From assembly GCA_963823665.1 (NCBI GenBank), contig CAWGMQ010000003.1, positions 960,001-1,024,000 on the forward strand: DNA of 64,000 nt, in the 5' to 3' direction. Position 1 is the first letter of the stretch, and each line of letters starts with the position of its first letter. The position numbers were made by a program, and so were the translations under genes. Under the pieces are notes generated by a model. That model was given only the letters and a program-made list of their open reading frames with translations. It did no database searches and was not told the DNA's origin. The stretch comes from an uncultured Planctomycetota bacterium. Its GTDB lineage: Bacteria > Planctomycetota > Planctomycetia > Isosphaerales > Isosphaeraceae. Of this stretch, positions 21,728-31,469 are shown one piece after another.

Positions 21728-22426
21728 GGCGCGAGCCCCTCAAAAAGCGCGGTTCCGATGCGAACGAGCGTTGCGCCTTCCAGGATTGCAAGCTCGAAGT
21801 CGCCCGACATGCCCATGGAAAGCTCCGGAAGCGGCAAGCCCGTCTCGCGGGCGAGCAGGTTCTCGCGTTTCGCGCAGCCGGGCGAAGCAGCCGCTTGCGC
21901 ATTCGTCCGTGCCGTCCAGGGCAGCCATCGTCATCAATCCCACGACGGGGATCGACCGGCACCCGGCGATCCATTCGGAATCGTTGAGGATTTCGTCCGT
22001 GGTCCAGCCATGCTTGCTGGCTTCGCCCGACGTGTTGACCTGAAGGCAGACGGGAGGGGGCTCGACGCCACCCACGGCAGCCTCATTCAGAACTCTCAAC
22101 AGCTTGAGCGAATCGACCGCATGAATCATCTTCACCAGCGGCAGTGTTTTCTTGACCTTGTTGGTTTGCAAGTGTCCAATCAGGTGCCAGCGAATCGCGT
22201 CGCCGCGATCGGCCAGAACCTCGCTTTTCTTCCAAAGCTCCTGGGGGTAGTTTTCGCCGAGATCACAAACACCGCAGTCCAGCAGGGCCCTGATCCACTC
22301 CGGAGAGCTTCTCTTCGTGACCGCGACCAGGCGGACGTCCGCGGCGGGCCGCCCGGCCCGTTCGGCGGCCCGCGCGATGCGCGCCTGCACTTCCTCGAGA
22401 TTGTGGCGAATTCGCTCCTGGATCAT
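21724..22426 (-). CDS. yggS: PLP homeostasis protein (YggS family); frameshift near 21830-21850
   Basis: [61 protein letters not shown] in the next frame. Confidence 0.92.
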
Positions 22427-22482
22427 CGTTCAAAAACTCCCTCGCTCGCGATCTACCCCATTCTGAAGGATATGACACGACA

Positions 22483-22686
22483 ATGAAACTGATCCTGCTC
22501 ATCCTCGGATTCACGGCCGCGCTACTAATCACCATCCAGCTCGTGCTGGGCCTGCTGATCCTGCAAGGCCAGGCATCCATGCGAACCGCCCATCAACACT
22601 CTGGATATTTGACCGTCGCCGTTACCTTGCTGTACATCACGTGGTCCCTCGCCGTGATCGCCACGACGCCCAAGCGCAAGCCGTGA
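22483..22686 (+). CDS. Small two-TM membrane protein
   Basis: 67 aa, two hydrophobic helices around HQHSG; AAGGA upstream. Confidence 0.7.
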   Translation: MKLILLILGFTAALLITIQLVLGLLILQGQASMRTAHQHSGYLTVAVTLLYITWSLAVIATTPKRKP

Positions 22687-22724
22687 CAAGTGGCCCGACA
22701 ACGCTATAGCCATTGTCGCCCCAA

Positions 22725-22771
22725 CGCCCCAAAGGGGCGCAGGTCAATAGCCAGGGGCTTCCAGCCCCTGG
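22725..22771. repeat. Double-hairpin REP-like element between convergent genes
   Basis: CGCCCC-AAA-GGGGCG then CCAGGGGCT-TCC-AGCCCCTGG. Confidence 0.65.
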
Positions 22772-22841
22772 AACCCTACCGTCGCCCGCACACCGCACCG
22801 TTTATTACGCCGGGTAAACCCTCGCCCCGATGATCTGCGGC

Positions 22842-24110
22842 TCACTCGACTTTGACGATCGGCGTCAGGTTTCCATCCGAGGTGAACAGCCCGATCAAGA
22901 ATCGCGCGCTCGTCCGGTATCCCAAAAACGCGCGTGGGGCGGGCGGGTCGAGGCTGCGGTAGACCACGTACGTCTCATGGGCTCCCCAGCTCACGCGCAC
23001 GGCGAAGGCCCGGTCGGGGGGTACGGCGTTGCCGCGCTGGGAGACGGTCAAGATGCGCCAGGACGCGCGGCGCCGGTTCCGCGCGGCGTCCCAGGAAACC
23101 AGGAGCGGCAGCCAGCAGCGGCGCCCCTCGGGCGCCTGGCCTAGAAGCAGGACGCCGTCCTGGGCGAGAAAGGCCCCGCGCTCCGTTTCGTAGGGCAGAC
23201 ACGGGAGCCCGATCGGCAGCACCTGCGCCGATTCGCGCCGCTTGGGTCCGTTCAGGCGAAACCCGCGGCACGCCGCCAGGTGCCCGGCATTGATCGACGG
23301 TGGACATGTGAGCCGGACGTTCAGGCTTGGGGCGAGTGCAGAGCGGGACTCGAAGAGAGCCGACAAGAGCGCCAGACGGCGGCCGCCCAGGAGCAGAATC
23401 GTCTGGGTTATCCGCGCCCGGCCCACGCGGTATGACCACTCCGCCATCTCGGCGCCCGAGACCGAGATCCGCGGCCCGGGTTTCGGCGGCGTGGTCGCGC
23501 CTGGCTCGCCCTCGATCGTCCACGAAGGCCCCAGCCAGGACCTGCCGGACCCGAAAAGCTCGAAGCGGCAGGACGGCCCTGACTCGCGGTGGTCGACGGC
23601 CACGAAGTCGCCGTTACCGCCAACCTGGTCGCGTAAGACCGACAACACGCGCCGGGAAGCGTCCCACGCGGGGGCTTCCGGGGTGAAATTCACGTCGCGC
23701 TGCCGAGATGCCTGCCAATCGCGCAGGTACCTGGCGGTCTCGGTGCCTTCGACGGCGTCAAGCCAGCGCCGCAGGGTCGTCTCAGGCGGGGCAAACGACG
23801 CACTGCCGTTGAAGTCGGCCGCCGGCGAGCCATCCGGTCGCGAGAACCGCAGCGTGGCGATGACCAACCTGGCAATGGATTCCTCCCAGTGCCCAGGCCA
23901 GCGCGGGCTCCTGCGCCTCGCCTCGCGAAGGGCCTCGAGACACACATGCCAATCCGATATCGGCAGCCGCGACAGCGACCCCCGCGAATCCAGCTCGCGA
24001 GCCAACCACCGTGAAAGGGGCTGCTCATTTTGGCGGCAGACCCACTGCTCGACCGAGCGATGGAAATTACCGAGAATCTGCGCACGGTTCCTCGAATCTT
24101 CGACCATCAC
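22842..24110 (-). CDS. Conserved hypothetical protein (possibly heparinase II/III-like C-terminal fold)
   Basis: 422-aa ORF; C-terminal WRILTV..YVVYRSL..RAFLGY..FLIGLF..DG pattern. Confidence 0.65.
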   Translation of the reverse strand: MMVEDSRNRAQILGNFHRSVEQWVCRQNEQPLSRWLARELDSRGSLSRLPISDWHVCLEALREARRRSPRWPGHWEESIARLVIATLRFSRPDGSPAADFNGSASFAPPETTLRRWLDAVEGTETARYLRDWQASRQRDVNFTPEAPAWDASRRVLSVLRDQVGGNGDFVAVDHRESGPSCRFELFGSGRSWLGPSWTIEGEPGATTPPKPGPRISVSGAEMAEWSYRVGRARITQTILLLGGRRLALLSALFESRSALAPSLNVRLTCPPSINAGHLAACRGFRLNGPKRRESAQVLPIGLPCLPYETERGAFLAQDGVLLLGQAPEGRRCWLPLLVSWDAARNRRRASWRILTVSQRGNAVPPDRAFAVRVSWGAHETYVVYRSLDPPAPRAFLGYRTSARFLIGLFTSDGNLTPIVKVE

Positions 24111-24452
24111 AGCACCTTCACGGGTCGACGGCCCATTGTCGGCTTATTGGGCGGAGCTGCACATATCCTAGACGATCCAAGCCGGGCCGCGCAGATTCCA
24201 GCGAATGGGAATCAACTGGATTCATCATCGGCGAAGGGCGCGTAAGACCTAAATTCTTTCAATACTTGTGGCGATCGATCGTGAAAGTCTCGCCGTCGGG
24301 ACGGCGGGTGTTTCGCCGGCTGCCTGCGTTCTGGCATTGAGTTTGCTTTTAGAGCTCACATCTGAGACGAAGCCAACAAAAGCAGGATCCACAATAGAAT
24401 ACTGGAGCCACGCTGAGCGAACACGATTGACTTTGCAAGATTCCACCCCAAA

Positions 24453-24676
24453 GGCGACAGCCGTTTCACAGACCCTGGAACGGCTCACCGCCACAGGGCG
24501 AGCGGGTAGCCTCGCACGACCCCCCGCTCGCCCTTTCTCAGCCAAAAGCCCGAGGTGTGAGAGGCACATCTTGAGCTTTCCCGACGAACCGGCCAGTCGG
24601 CCGGGTTCTGAACGACTAAGGGAGAGGTAGTCGTTCGGAGCCCGTTCTCTGGCCGGTTTTTTCATTTTATTTTTTT
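24453..24676 (+). ncRNA. Candidate structured non-coding RNA: four consecutive hairpins ending in a U-tract
   Basis: Stems 24453-24492, 24495-24534, 24545-24579 and 24587-24658; G.U pairs only on the + strand; followed by T-rich run. Confidence 0.55.
24587..24676 (+). terminator. Long stem-loop plus T-tract (intrinsic terminator-like)
   Basis: AACCGGCCAG...CTGGCCGGTT followed by TTTTCATTTTATTTTTTT. Confidence 0.6.
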
Positions 24677-24677
24677 G

Positions 24678-26378
24678 TCATTGGCGATGCCGCAGTGCCC
24701 GGCCCGGCCGGGTAGCGGTCGGTTCGCCGTTTTCCAGCACCAGCCGGCCGTTTACAACCACGTGGACGATGCCCGTGCTGTATTGAAACGGCTCGAGGTA
24801 GGTGGCTCGATCGATCACGACCTTGGGGTCAAAGACGGTCACGTCGGCGATGCGGCCGCTGCGCAGAATGCCCCTGTCGTGAATGTGGGCCTTGGCGGCG
24901 CTCAGCGACGTCATTTTGCGGACGGCTTCTTCGAGGCGAAGCAGTTTTCGATTGCGTACGTATTCACCCAGAACACGCGGGAAAGTGCCGAAGCTCCTGG
25001 GATGAGGATGCCCGCGGCGCAGCGGCCCTTCGATCGCCAGCGCGTAGCCGTCCGAGCCGATCGAGCACCACGGCTGGGCGAGCGCGAGGTTCATGTCGCT
25101 CTCGGTGTGATGGGCGTAGATGGTGCCAATCGTGCCGTTTTCCTCGATCAAGAATTCGAACAGCACGTCGAGTGGATCCGGCACAGGGGTTCGGCCCTTG
25201 GTCTTGGCGGCGATGATCCGGTCCATCGTCTGGCCTTCGAACGCCTGGTTCGCCGGGCTCAACCGCGCGCTGATCTGCATACGCGACCAGTCGCCGCCCA
25301 CTGCCGTGTAATGGTTGTACCAGCCGGGGAGCCCCTCGCGGATATCACGCTTGAGCCGGTCGCGGAGTGAACGGTCTTTTAATCGCGCGACCAAAGCGGC
25401 AGCGCCCCCCTCGTGTGCCCAGGGAGGAATGATGCTGGCCAGGTCGTTGTTCCCCCGTGTGTAAGGATAAACGTTCGCCTGGACGTTAACGCCGTCGCGG
25501 CGGGCATCATTGATCAGCTCGATGATCTCCGGCATGCGTCCCCAGACCGACTGATCGGCGATCTTCAGGTGGATGATGTCGACCGGTACGTGGGCCTGGC
25601 GGCCGATCAAGATGGCCTCCTTCACGGCAGCGAAAACATCCGTCCCTTCGTTGCGGATGTGCGATGAATAGACCCCGCGATCGGCATTGACCACACGGCA
25701 AAGCTCGACCAGATCGTCGGTTGTGACCTCGAGTTCCCTCGGACTTGCAAGCATGGTCGAGAGCCCGATCGCACCATCGCGCATGGCCTCGTCAAGGAGG
25801 ATCTGCATCCGCGCGATCTCCTCGCGGCCGGGCCGGGCGAGCGAATCGCCCTGCACGCATTCGAGCAGTGTGCCCAGGCCGACGTAGCTGGCCACGTTGA
25901 CGGCAATTCCCTCCTTTTCGAGTGCCTGGAAATAGCCTCCCAGCGTCGACCAGGTACGGGTCGCACGCGCCCCCTTGAATGTCTTCGCCGAGCGTTCTCC
26001 TTTGGCCGGCCCGGCCGAAGTGTCCTCGCCCAGGATCTCGGTCGTGACTCCCTGGCGGACCTTGCTCGAAGCGCGTCCATCTTCGAGCAGAGTCATGTCG
26101 GAATGGGAATGCATGTCGATGAAGCCGGGGGCGACCACCAGCCCGCGTGCTTCGAGTGTTTTCCGCGCGGCGACGGCCGGCTCGACCGCACCGACCGTGA
26201 CGATCCGGTCGCCGCGAATGGCCACGTCGCCCGAGAACGAAGGCTGCCCCGTTCCGTCGACAATCGTGCCGCCGCGGATGATGAGGTCGAATGGATCTCC
26301 GGGTTGGCCCCGGGCAACGGTGGTCGTGCCGAAAGCGAGCGCTGCCACGAGCAACCATCTTCGAGCTGTGGTGGGCAT
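24678..26378 (-). CDS. N-acyl-D-amino-acid deacylase / amidohydrolase, secreted
   Basis: APGFIDMHSHSD, QGVTTE, SHIRNEG, IGSDG, HPRSFGTFPRVLG, ADVTVFDP. Confidence 0.92.
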   Translation of the reverse strand: MPTTARRWLLVAALAFGTTTVARGQPGDPFDLIIRGGTIVDGTGQPSFSGDVAIRGDRIVTVGAVEPAVAARKTLEARGLVVAPGFIDMHSHSDMTLLEDGRASSKVRQGVTTEILGEDTSAGPAKGERSAKTFKGARATRTWSTLGGYFQALEKEGIAVNVASYVGLGTLLECVQGDSLARPGREEIARMQILLDEAMRDGAIGLSTMLASPRELEVTTDDLVELCRVVNADRGVYSSHIRNEGTDVFAAVKEAILIGRQAHVPVDIIHLKIADQSVWGRMPEIIELINDARRDGVNVQANVYPYTRGNNDLASIIPPWAHEGGAAALVARLKDRSLRDRLKRDIREGLPGWYNHYTAVGGDWSRMQISARLSPANQAFEGQTMDRIIAAKTKGRTPVPDPLDVLFEFLIEENGTIGTIYAHHTESDMNLALAQPWCSIGSDGYALAIEGPLRRGHPHPRSFGTFPRVLGEYVRNRKLLRLEEAVRKMTSLSAAKAHIHDRGILRSGRIADVTVFDPKVVIDRATYLEPFQYSTGIVHVVVNGRLVLENGEPTATRPGRALRHRQ

Positions 26379-26524
26379 CTTTGAGTGACCTCGCGGCGCG
26401 GCCGGTGTTCCGGTCCAGTGATTGCGAGAGCATCGCGCAGTCCGTCTCGTTTTATCCGACGGATGCGCTCGCCGCCAGTTGGGCGCGAGCGACAGTGCTT
26501 GGTGCCCCGCCAGACAGCCAGTGC

Positions 26525-26550
26525 CATCGCCGGACGGAGCCCGCTCCTAC
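26525..26550 (-). repeat. GTAG-type REP-like element
   Basis: Minus strand reads GTAGGAGCGGGCTCCGTCCGGCGATG. Confidence 0.5.
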
Positions 26551-26666
26551 AACGGTTCTCGGCGGCACGATTCGAATGTTGTCCCCCGGCGGCCGGTGCC
26601 TGTACAATGAGTTTTGTCCCGGTTCATCTCGATGGTGGAGATTGGCCGTGAAAAAGAAAAGGAGAT

Positions 26667-26945
26667 GTGCCCGTGGCCCTCGTCGATGAAATCCGGCAGG
26701 CGAAGAACGCTCAGCCCTTTCGGCCCTTCAGCCTGAGGCTGACCGATGGAACCACGTACAAAGTCAAGCATCCGGACTATCTTTCGGTTCCTCCCGTCCC
26801 TCGGCCGCGAGAAGTGATCTTCTATTCCCCTGGCGAGGATCAGGACTACCGTTCCCATTGGATACAAATCGGCTTGATCCTGGAATTGATCGTGCCGAGC
26901 GAAACGGATACCCCGCGTCCGCGCAGCGAGGGAAACGGGAGCTAA
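26667..26945 (+). CDS. Small hypothetical protein (AQPFRPF.LRLTDG..Y.V.HPD motif)
   Basis: 92 aa, AAGGAG RBS. Confidence 0.75.
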   Translation: MPVALVDEIRQAKNAQPFRPFSLRLTDGTTYKVKHPDYLSVPPVPRPREVIFYSPGEDQDYRSHWIQIGLILELIVPSETDTPRPRSEGNGS

Positions 26946-26954
26946 TCCGTGACG

Positions 26955-27881
26955 ATGGCAACCCGCGCATCGACCGAATTCCGCTACGAAAAACTCACCT
27001 GGCCCGAGATCAACGACGCGGTCGACCTGGGCAAGGTTTGTGTGCTACCGTGCAGCGCCGTGGAGCAACACGGGCCGCACCTGCCGCTCGATGTCGATGT
27101 GATCTGTCCAACCGAAATCGCTCGCGGCGCAGGGCGAGCCATCCCCGAGAAGATGCTCCTTCTGCCCACCTACTGCTACGGTTACACCGGCCACGTCATG
27201 GATTTCCCCGGTACGATCAACACCCATTTCGAGCATTTCATGGACGGAGTGCTCGACATCACCAAGAGCCTGGCTTATCACGGGTTCAAGAAGATCATCC
27301 TGCTCAACGGACACGGCTCGAACTGGCCCAACCTCGATCTGGTGGCGCGGCGAACCAACCTGGAGACTGACGCCGAATGCGTGCCGATCTGCTGGTGGGG
27401 CTTGCTGACCGTGGACAAGGAGTTCATGCCGAAGTGGCGGCAGAGCAAGTTTCCCGGCGGCTGCTCTCATGCCTGCGAGCTCGAGACCTCGCTCTACCTC
27501 TACCTCGACGGCGACAACGTGCGCAAAGACCTGATCAAGAGCGGGACGATCTCGTTCAACGAGGAAGAGAGCCCTTTTATGTGGGTCGACCTGCTCGGGG
27601 CAGGCCCTGCGAGCTTGATCTCCTGGACGAGCAGCTATTCCGAGACCGGCGTGCTGGGCGACGCCGAGCTGGCGACCGCCGAAAAGGGCCGCGTCGCATT
27701 TGAAGAATCGGTCAAGCAACTCGCGCGATTCATCACCTGGTTCAAGGATCGGCCCAAGGATGCGCCGAGACTTGCACCGCAAGCCGCCGACGATGCCAAT
27801 GCCCTGGGGCCAGCGGCCGATGGGATCGTGAGCGTCGCAATGCGTTCGGGCGCTACGGCCGAGAATTCGCAAAGAGGTTAG
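26955..27881 (+). CDS. Creatininase family protein; true C-terminus may end at 27831 via a frameshift near 27765
   Basis: LTWPE, EQHGPHLP.D.D, FPGT, NGHGSN, HACELETS, G..ATAEKG. Confidence 0.9.
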   Translation: MATRASTEFRYEKLTWPEINDAVDLGKVCVLPCSAVEQHGPHLPLDVDVICPTEIARGAGRAIPEKMLLLPTYCYGYTGHVMDFPGTINTHFEHFMDGVLDITKSLAYHGFKKIILLNGHGSNWPNLDLVARRTNLETDAECVPICWWGLLTVDKEFMPKWRQSKFPGGCSHACELETSLYLYLDGDNVRKDLIKSGTISFNEEESPFMWVDLLGAGPASLISWTSSYSETGVLGDAELATAEKGRVAFEESVKQLARFITWFKDRPKDAPRLAPQAADDANALGPAADGIVSVAMRSGATAENSQRG

Positions 27882-28573
27882 CGAACGATGACGTCCCGCA
27901 AGAACTGCCTTCGGGTCTGGGACGCGGACTCGGTGGGATATTGCGCCACTTCAGGCCGCGAGCTCAGCCGGTATGGGCCGGACCCCATCACGAAGTGGTC
28001 ACGAACGCCCTGAGCATTGAACAGCGGCGACGATTCCCACAACAATCGCCCGGTCTTGGGGTCGTAGGCGAAGAGCGAAGCCTTGACGACGGCATCTTGC
28101 TGGTTGGTTTCGGAGAAGGTCAGCGAAGTTGAGCTTCCCGAGCTGCTCAAGGCGGCGCCTGTGGTCAAGGAGGGGGACACACTGAAACCCGGCAAGCCAA
28201 ACTTGCGATCGCGCTCATCCGTACCATAGGCGCCCAGCGCGGCTTCGATGATCACCTGGGCTTTGTCCTTGTTGTTCTCGAGCAAGAGCCCCTGCTCGGC
28301 CATCGTCCGGCGAATGGAAGAGGTGATCCAGTCCTTGTCAGGCGCCGTGATGTACTGGTTGTCGAGGAAGACTCTCTGCCCGGCCAGCGAGCTGAAATCG
28401 ACGTGCGAAAGGGCGTTGTCCCAGGTTCCCGTGAGCAGAAGCTGTTCCGTTCCCGTGCGCGCCGTTCCCGTCATCTTCACGCTGGTGCAACCCGGCACGA
28501 GCGCGACAACGAACAAGACGAGCCATATCGCCGAACGGGGGACCACATTCCGCTGCATGGTCAAACGCCACAT
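27878..28573 (-). CDS. Lipoprotein, DUF6655-like
   Basis: Lipobox VPGC; TGTARTGTEQLLLT; GAYGTD. Confidence 0.75.
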   Translation of the reverse strand: MWRLTMQRNVVPRSAIWLVLFVVALVPGCTSVKMTGTARTGTEQLLLTGTWDNALSHVDFSSLAGQRVFLDNQYITAPDKDWITSSIRRTMAEQGLLLENNKDKAQVIIEAALGAYGTDERDRKFGLPGFSVSPSLTTGAALSSSGSSTSLTFSETNQQDAVVKASLFAYDPKTGRLLWESSPLFNAQGVRDHFVMGSGPYRLSSRPEVAQYPTESASQTRRQFLRDVIVR

Positions 28574-28806
28574 GTGACCTGGCTACCGCGGGCGCCGGTG
28601 GCGATTCACATCGATCGGAACCGGCGAGAATTTGATATCACGATTCGAAGTGAAATGAGCCGGTGGTCGAGCTTTTCCCGCTCGGTCGGTCTGGGCCGAC
28701 ATTCCCGGCGGCGGGATGATAGCACGAGCGAGGAAGTGTGACAACGCCAACGCCGCGTTCATCTGGACAGTCGTTCATCCGTGCGGCTGGCAACGGATTC
28801 GAACAC

Positions 28807-30030
28807 TCACGCGGGGAGATCCACGTCGATTGCAGCGTCCCTCGAAGATTGAGGCGCGCCAGCGGGTACGGCGTCCGAACCCGGTTGTGCCGCGCTTTTC
28901 CCGAGACGTGCTTCGGTTACTACGTCGGGCAGTGTTTGGGTCGCGAGCCGAACCGGGATCGGTGCCGGCCCGGCACCCTCCTGGGGCTGGTTCATGGCCT
29001 CCATGGTCAACAAAGCGTCCATGGGAGCGATCACGAGGATCGTATCTCCGGGCTCGAGCATGATCTGGGGGTCGGGGTTGACGTTGACCCCCTGCGCACC
29101 TTGGTGCATGACGATGTTGATACGTTTGTCTGACTGAATCTCACCGACGGACAAGCCGACAAGGCGGCCGGTCGGGCAGATTGAGAGGTCAGTGAAATGG
29201 ACGTACTGGCCCGCGAGCTGAAAGCCCTGGTAAATCTTTCGGCCGGTTGCGGCGGCGATGAACGCCGGGGCCGCCACTTGCGAGGTGGAGATGGTCGGCA
29301 TCGAAAACGCGCCGGCGACCTTCGTCGCGAGCGTTTCGTCGAAGAGGCGGATGACGATCTTCGCGGTGGCGTTAATGTCGCGAGCGGTGATGGCGGCGTC
29401 GAGGTTGGTCAGGTCGTCGCTGGTGGTGATGATCACCGAGCGTGCCTTGCGCACCCCCGCTTGCTCGAGAACCGACGCCATGCGGGCATTGCCCTGGATG
29501 ACCGGAACTCCCTTGTCGAAGAGCTCGCCCAGGAGCGGTGAGCCGCTGGCCATCTCGATGGCGACGACGGTCTCGCGCATCTCGAGAAGCTGCTTGATAA
29601 CCTGATAACCGACCTTTCCAACCCCGATCACGACGAAATGGTTGCGGCAGAACGAGGCGAGCATGCGGTTCCACTCCGGAAGGTTTTGCTTGCGAGTGAA
29701 GATGAGGTAAGCCAGCCGCACCACCGAGTCGGCAATCGCACCCAGGCCGGCGATCGGCAGCAGGAAGAACAAGGGCTGGAGATACCACTCGTTTGGAAAC
29801 TCGAGTGACGACTCGAGGAAGATCAGCAGGAACACCGCGTGGCATGCACGGGCATAGCCCAGCCCACCATGGTTGTAATAATGGTCAAGGATCCAGCCTC
29901 CTCCCAGGACAAGCGCAGTGAACACGCCGAGGGACCAGCGGAATTCCCAGAGGAGATACCTCGCGAATCGGAGGTAGATCAAATACCGCACCGGAGCGCG
30001 GACGTGCGGGGCCAGCCGTCTGCGTCTCAT
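28807..30030 (-). CDS. Two-TM membrane protein with TrkA-N/TrkA-C (RCK) domains, potassium-channel-like
   Basis: Two TM helices; HFVVIGVGKVG; TSDDLTNL; C-terminal PDPQIMLEPGDTILV; start overlaps upstream stop (ATGA). Confidence 0.85.
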   Translation of the reverse strand: MRRRRLAPHVRAPVRYLIYLRFARYLLWEFRWSLGVFTALVLGGGWILDHYYNHGGLGYARACHAVFLLIFLESSLEFPNEWYLQPLFFLLPIAGLGAIADSVVRLAYLIFTRKQNLPEWNRMLASFCRNHFVVIGVGKVGYQVIKQLLEMRETVVAIEMASGSPLLGELFDKGVPVIQGNARMASVLEQAGVRKARSVIITTSDDLTNLDAAITARDINATAKIVIRLFDETLATKVAGAFSMPTISTSQVAAPAFIAAATGRKIYQGFQLAGQYVHFTDLSICPTGRLVGLSVGEIQSDKRINIVMHQGAQGVNVNPDPQIMLEPGDTILVIAPMDALLTMEAMNQPQEGAGPAPIPVRLATQTLPDVVTEARLGKSAAQPGSDAVPAGAPQSSRDAAIDVDLPA

Positions 30031-31439
30031 TTGATTGAGCTCACGGCGCCACTTGTTTCCGCTTCGGAGATTACCTCGCCCAGGCTCCGATCGAGAATGG
30101 CCACCATTGTGTCGATGTGCTCGGCTGTCGAGACCAGCGGCGGGCCAAACGCAATCCAGTGCGGGTCGAACCGGCAGAGCAATCCGTGCTCGAGCGCGCG
30201 GCGGCCCACCTTGACGCCCAGGGCGGCCGCGTCCGCGAAGCGGGCTTTGGTCGCGCGGTCGCGTACCAGCTCGATCGCCTGGAACAAGCCCTTGCCGCGC
30301 ACGTCGCCAATCAAGGAGTGCTTCTGCGCGAGGCCGAGAAGACCTTGCCGCAGACGCTCGCCCTGAATTCGCGCGTTTGCCAGCAAGTCGCGCTCGATGA
30401 TCTCGCGAAGCACGGCGATCCCGGCGGCGCACGAGATGGGGTTGCCTTCGAACGTGTGCCCTTCCACGAAGCCCGGGTTCTCGGAGATGGGGCCCCAGAA
30501 CGCGTCGGCGATCCCTCGGCGGCAAATCATTGCCGAAAGAGGCGCATACCCGCCCGAGAGTCCCTTGGCGACGCAGAGAACGTCGGGCGTGACCCCGAAG
30601 GTCTCGGCCGCGAACATCCTGCCGGTGCGGCCGATCCCGGTGATGATCTCATCGAAGATCAAGAGGATGTTGTGGCGGTCGCAGATCTCGCGAAGGATCG
30701 GCAGGTATTCTTCGGGGGGGTCGATCACGCCTCCGGTGTGGCCGATCGGCTCGACCAGGATTGCCGCCACCGTCGCGGGATCTTCCATCTCGACGACGTC
30801 GCCCACGATCGTCGCGCAGGTGATTCCGCAATCGGGGTAAGACTTGCCGAAGGGGCAGCGGTAGCACGTCGGCGGAAAAACGTGGACGAAGCCGGGGGCC
30901 ATGGGCTCATTCACGGTCTTGCGCGACTTGAGTCCGGATGCCGAAAGGGCAGCGAGTGTCGAGCCGTGCCACGATTGATAGCGGCTCACGATCTTGTATT
31001 TGCCCGGCGAGCCGGTGAGCTTATGGTACTGGCGGGCAAGCTTGATCGCAGCCTCGATCACCTCCGCACCGCCGCATTCGAACTTGACGGTGGAGAGGTC
31101 TCCCGGGGCGAGCTCGGCCAGCAGGTTGGCAAGCTGCACGGCCTGCGGGTTGGTCCCGTGCATGGGGGGTGAAAACGCGAGCGAGTCAAGCTGCGTCCGG
31201 ATGGCCTCGATCACCCGGCGGTTATTGTGCCCGACCGAGACGACGTAGATCCCCGAGATGCCGTCGAGATAGCGATTGCCCTGGGTGTCCCAGTAAAAAA
31301 CGCCGTCGGCGCGGGCCATGACCAGCGGCTGCTTGGACCATTCCGCCATCTGATCGCGAACAAAGATCTGGCGGAGGAAGGCCTCATCGGAGGTCTGGGT
31401 TGGGTCGATCAGATCGGGGAGAACGTTCGTGTTCGGCAT
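30027..31439 (-). CDS. Class III PLP-dependent aminotransferase
   Basis: YLDG.SG, GAEVIEAAIKLAR, SWHGST, LIFDEIITG.GRTG, AKGLSGG, VRGKGL. Confidence 0.95.
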   Translation of the reverse strand: MPNTNVLPDLIDPTQTSDEAFLRQIFVRDQMAEWSKQPLVMARADGVFYWDTQGNRYLDGISGIYVVSVGHNNRRVIEAIRTQLDSLAFSPPMHGTNPQAVQLANLLAELAPGDLSTVKFECGGAEVIEAAIKLARQYHKLTGSPGKYKIVSRYQSWHGSTLAALSASGLKSRKTVNEPMAPGFVHVFPPTCYRCPFGKSYPDCGITCATIVGDVVEMEDPATVAAILVEPIGHTGGVIDPPEEYLPILREICDRHNILLIFDEIITGIGRTGRMFAAETFGVTPDVLCVAKGLSGGYAPLSAMICRRGIADAFWGPISENPGFVEGHTFEGNPISCAAGIAVLREIIERDLLANARIQGERLRQGLLGLAQKHSLIGDVRGKGLFQAIELVRDRATKARFADAAALGVKVGRRALEHGLLCRFDPHWIAFGPPLVSTAEHIDTMVAILDRSLGEVISEAETSGAVSSIK

Positions 31440-31469
31440 GGTTGGCTCGGGTAGTTCGCGTGATGCAGC

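Noticed and set aside
24249..24665. ORFs 24249-24665 (-) and 24268-24630 (+) as proteins
   Set aside because: No motifs or clear RBS; the region is better explained by RNA structure
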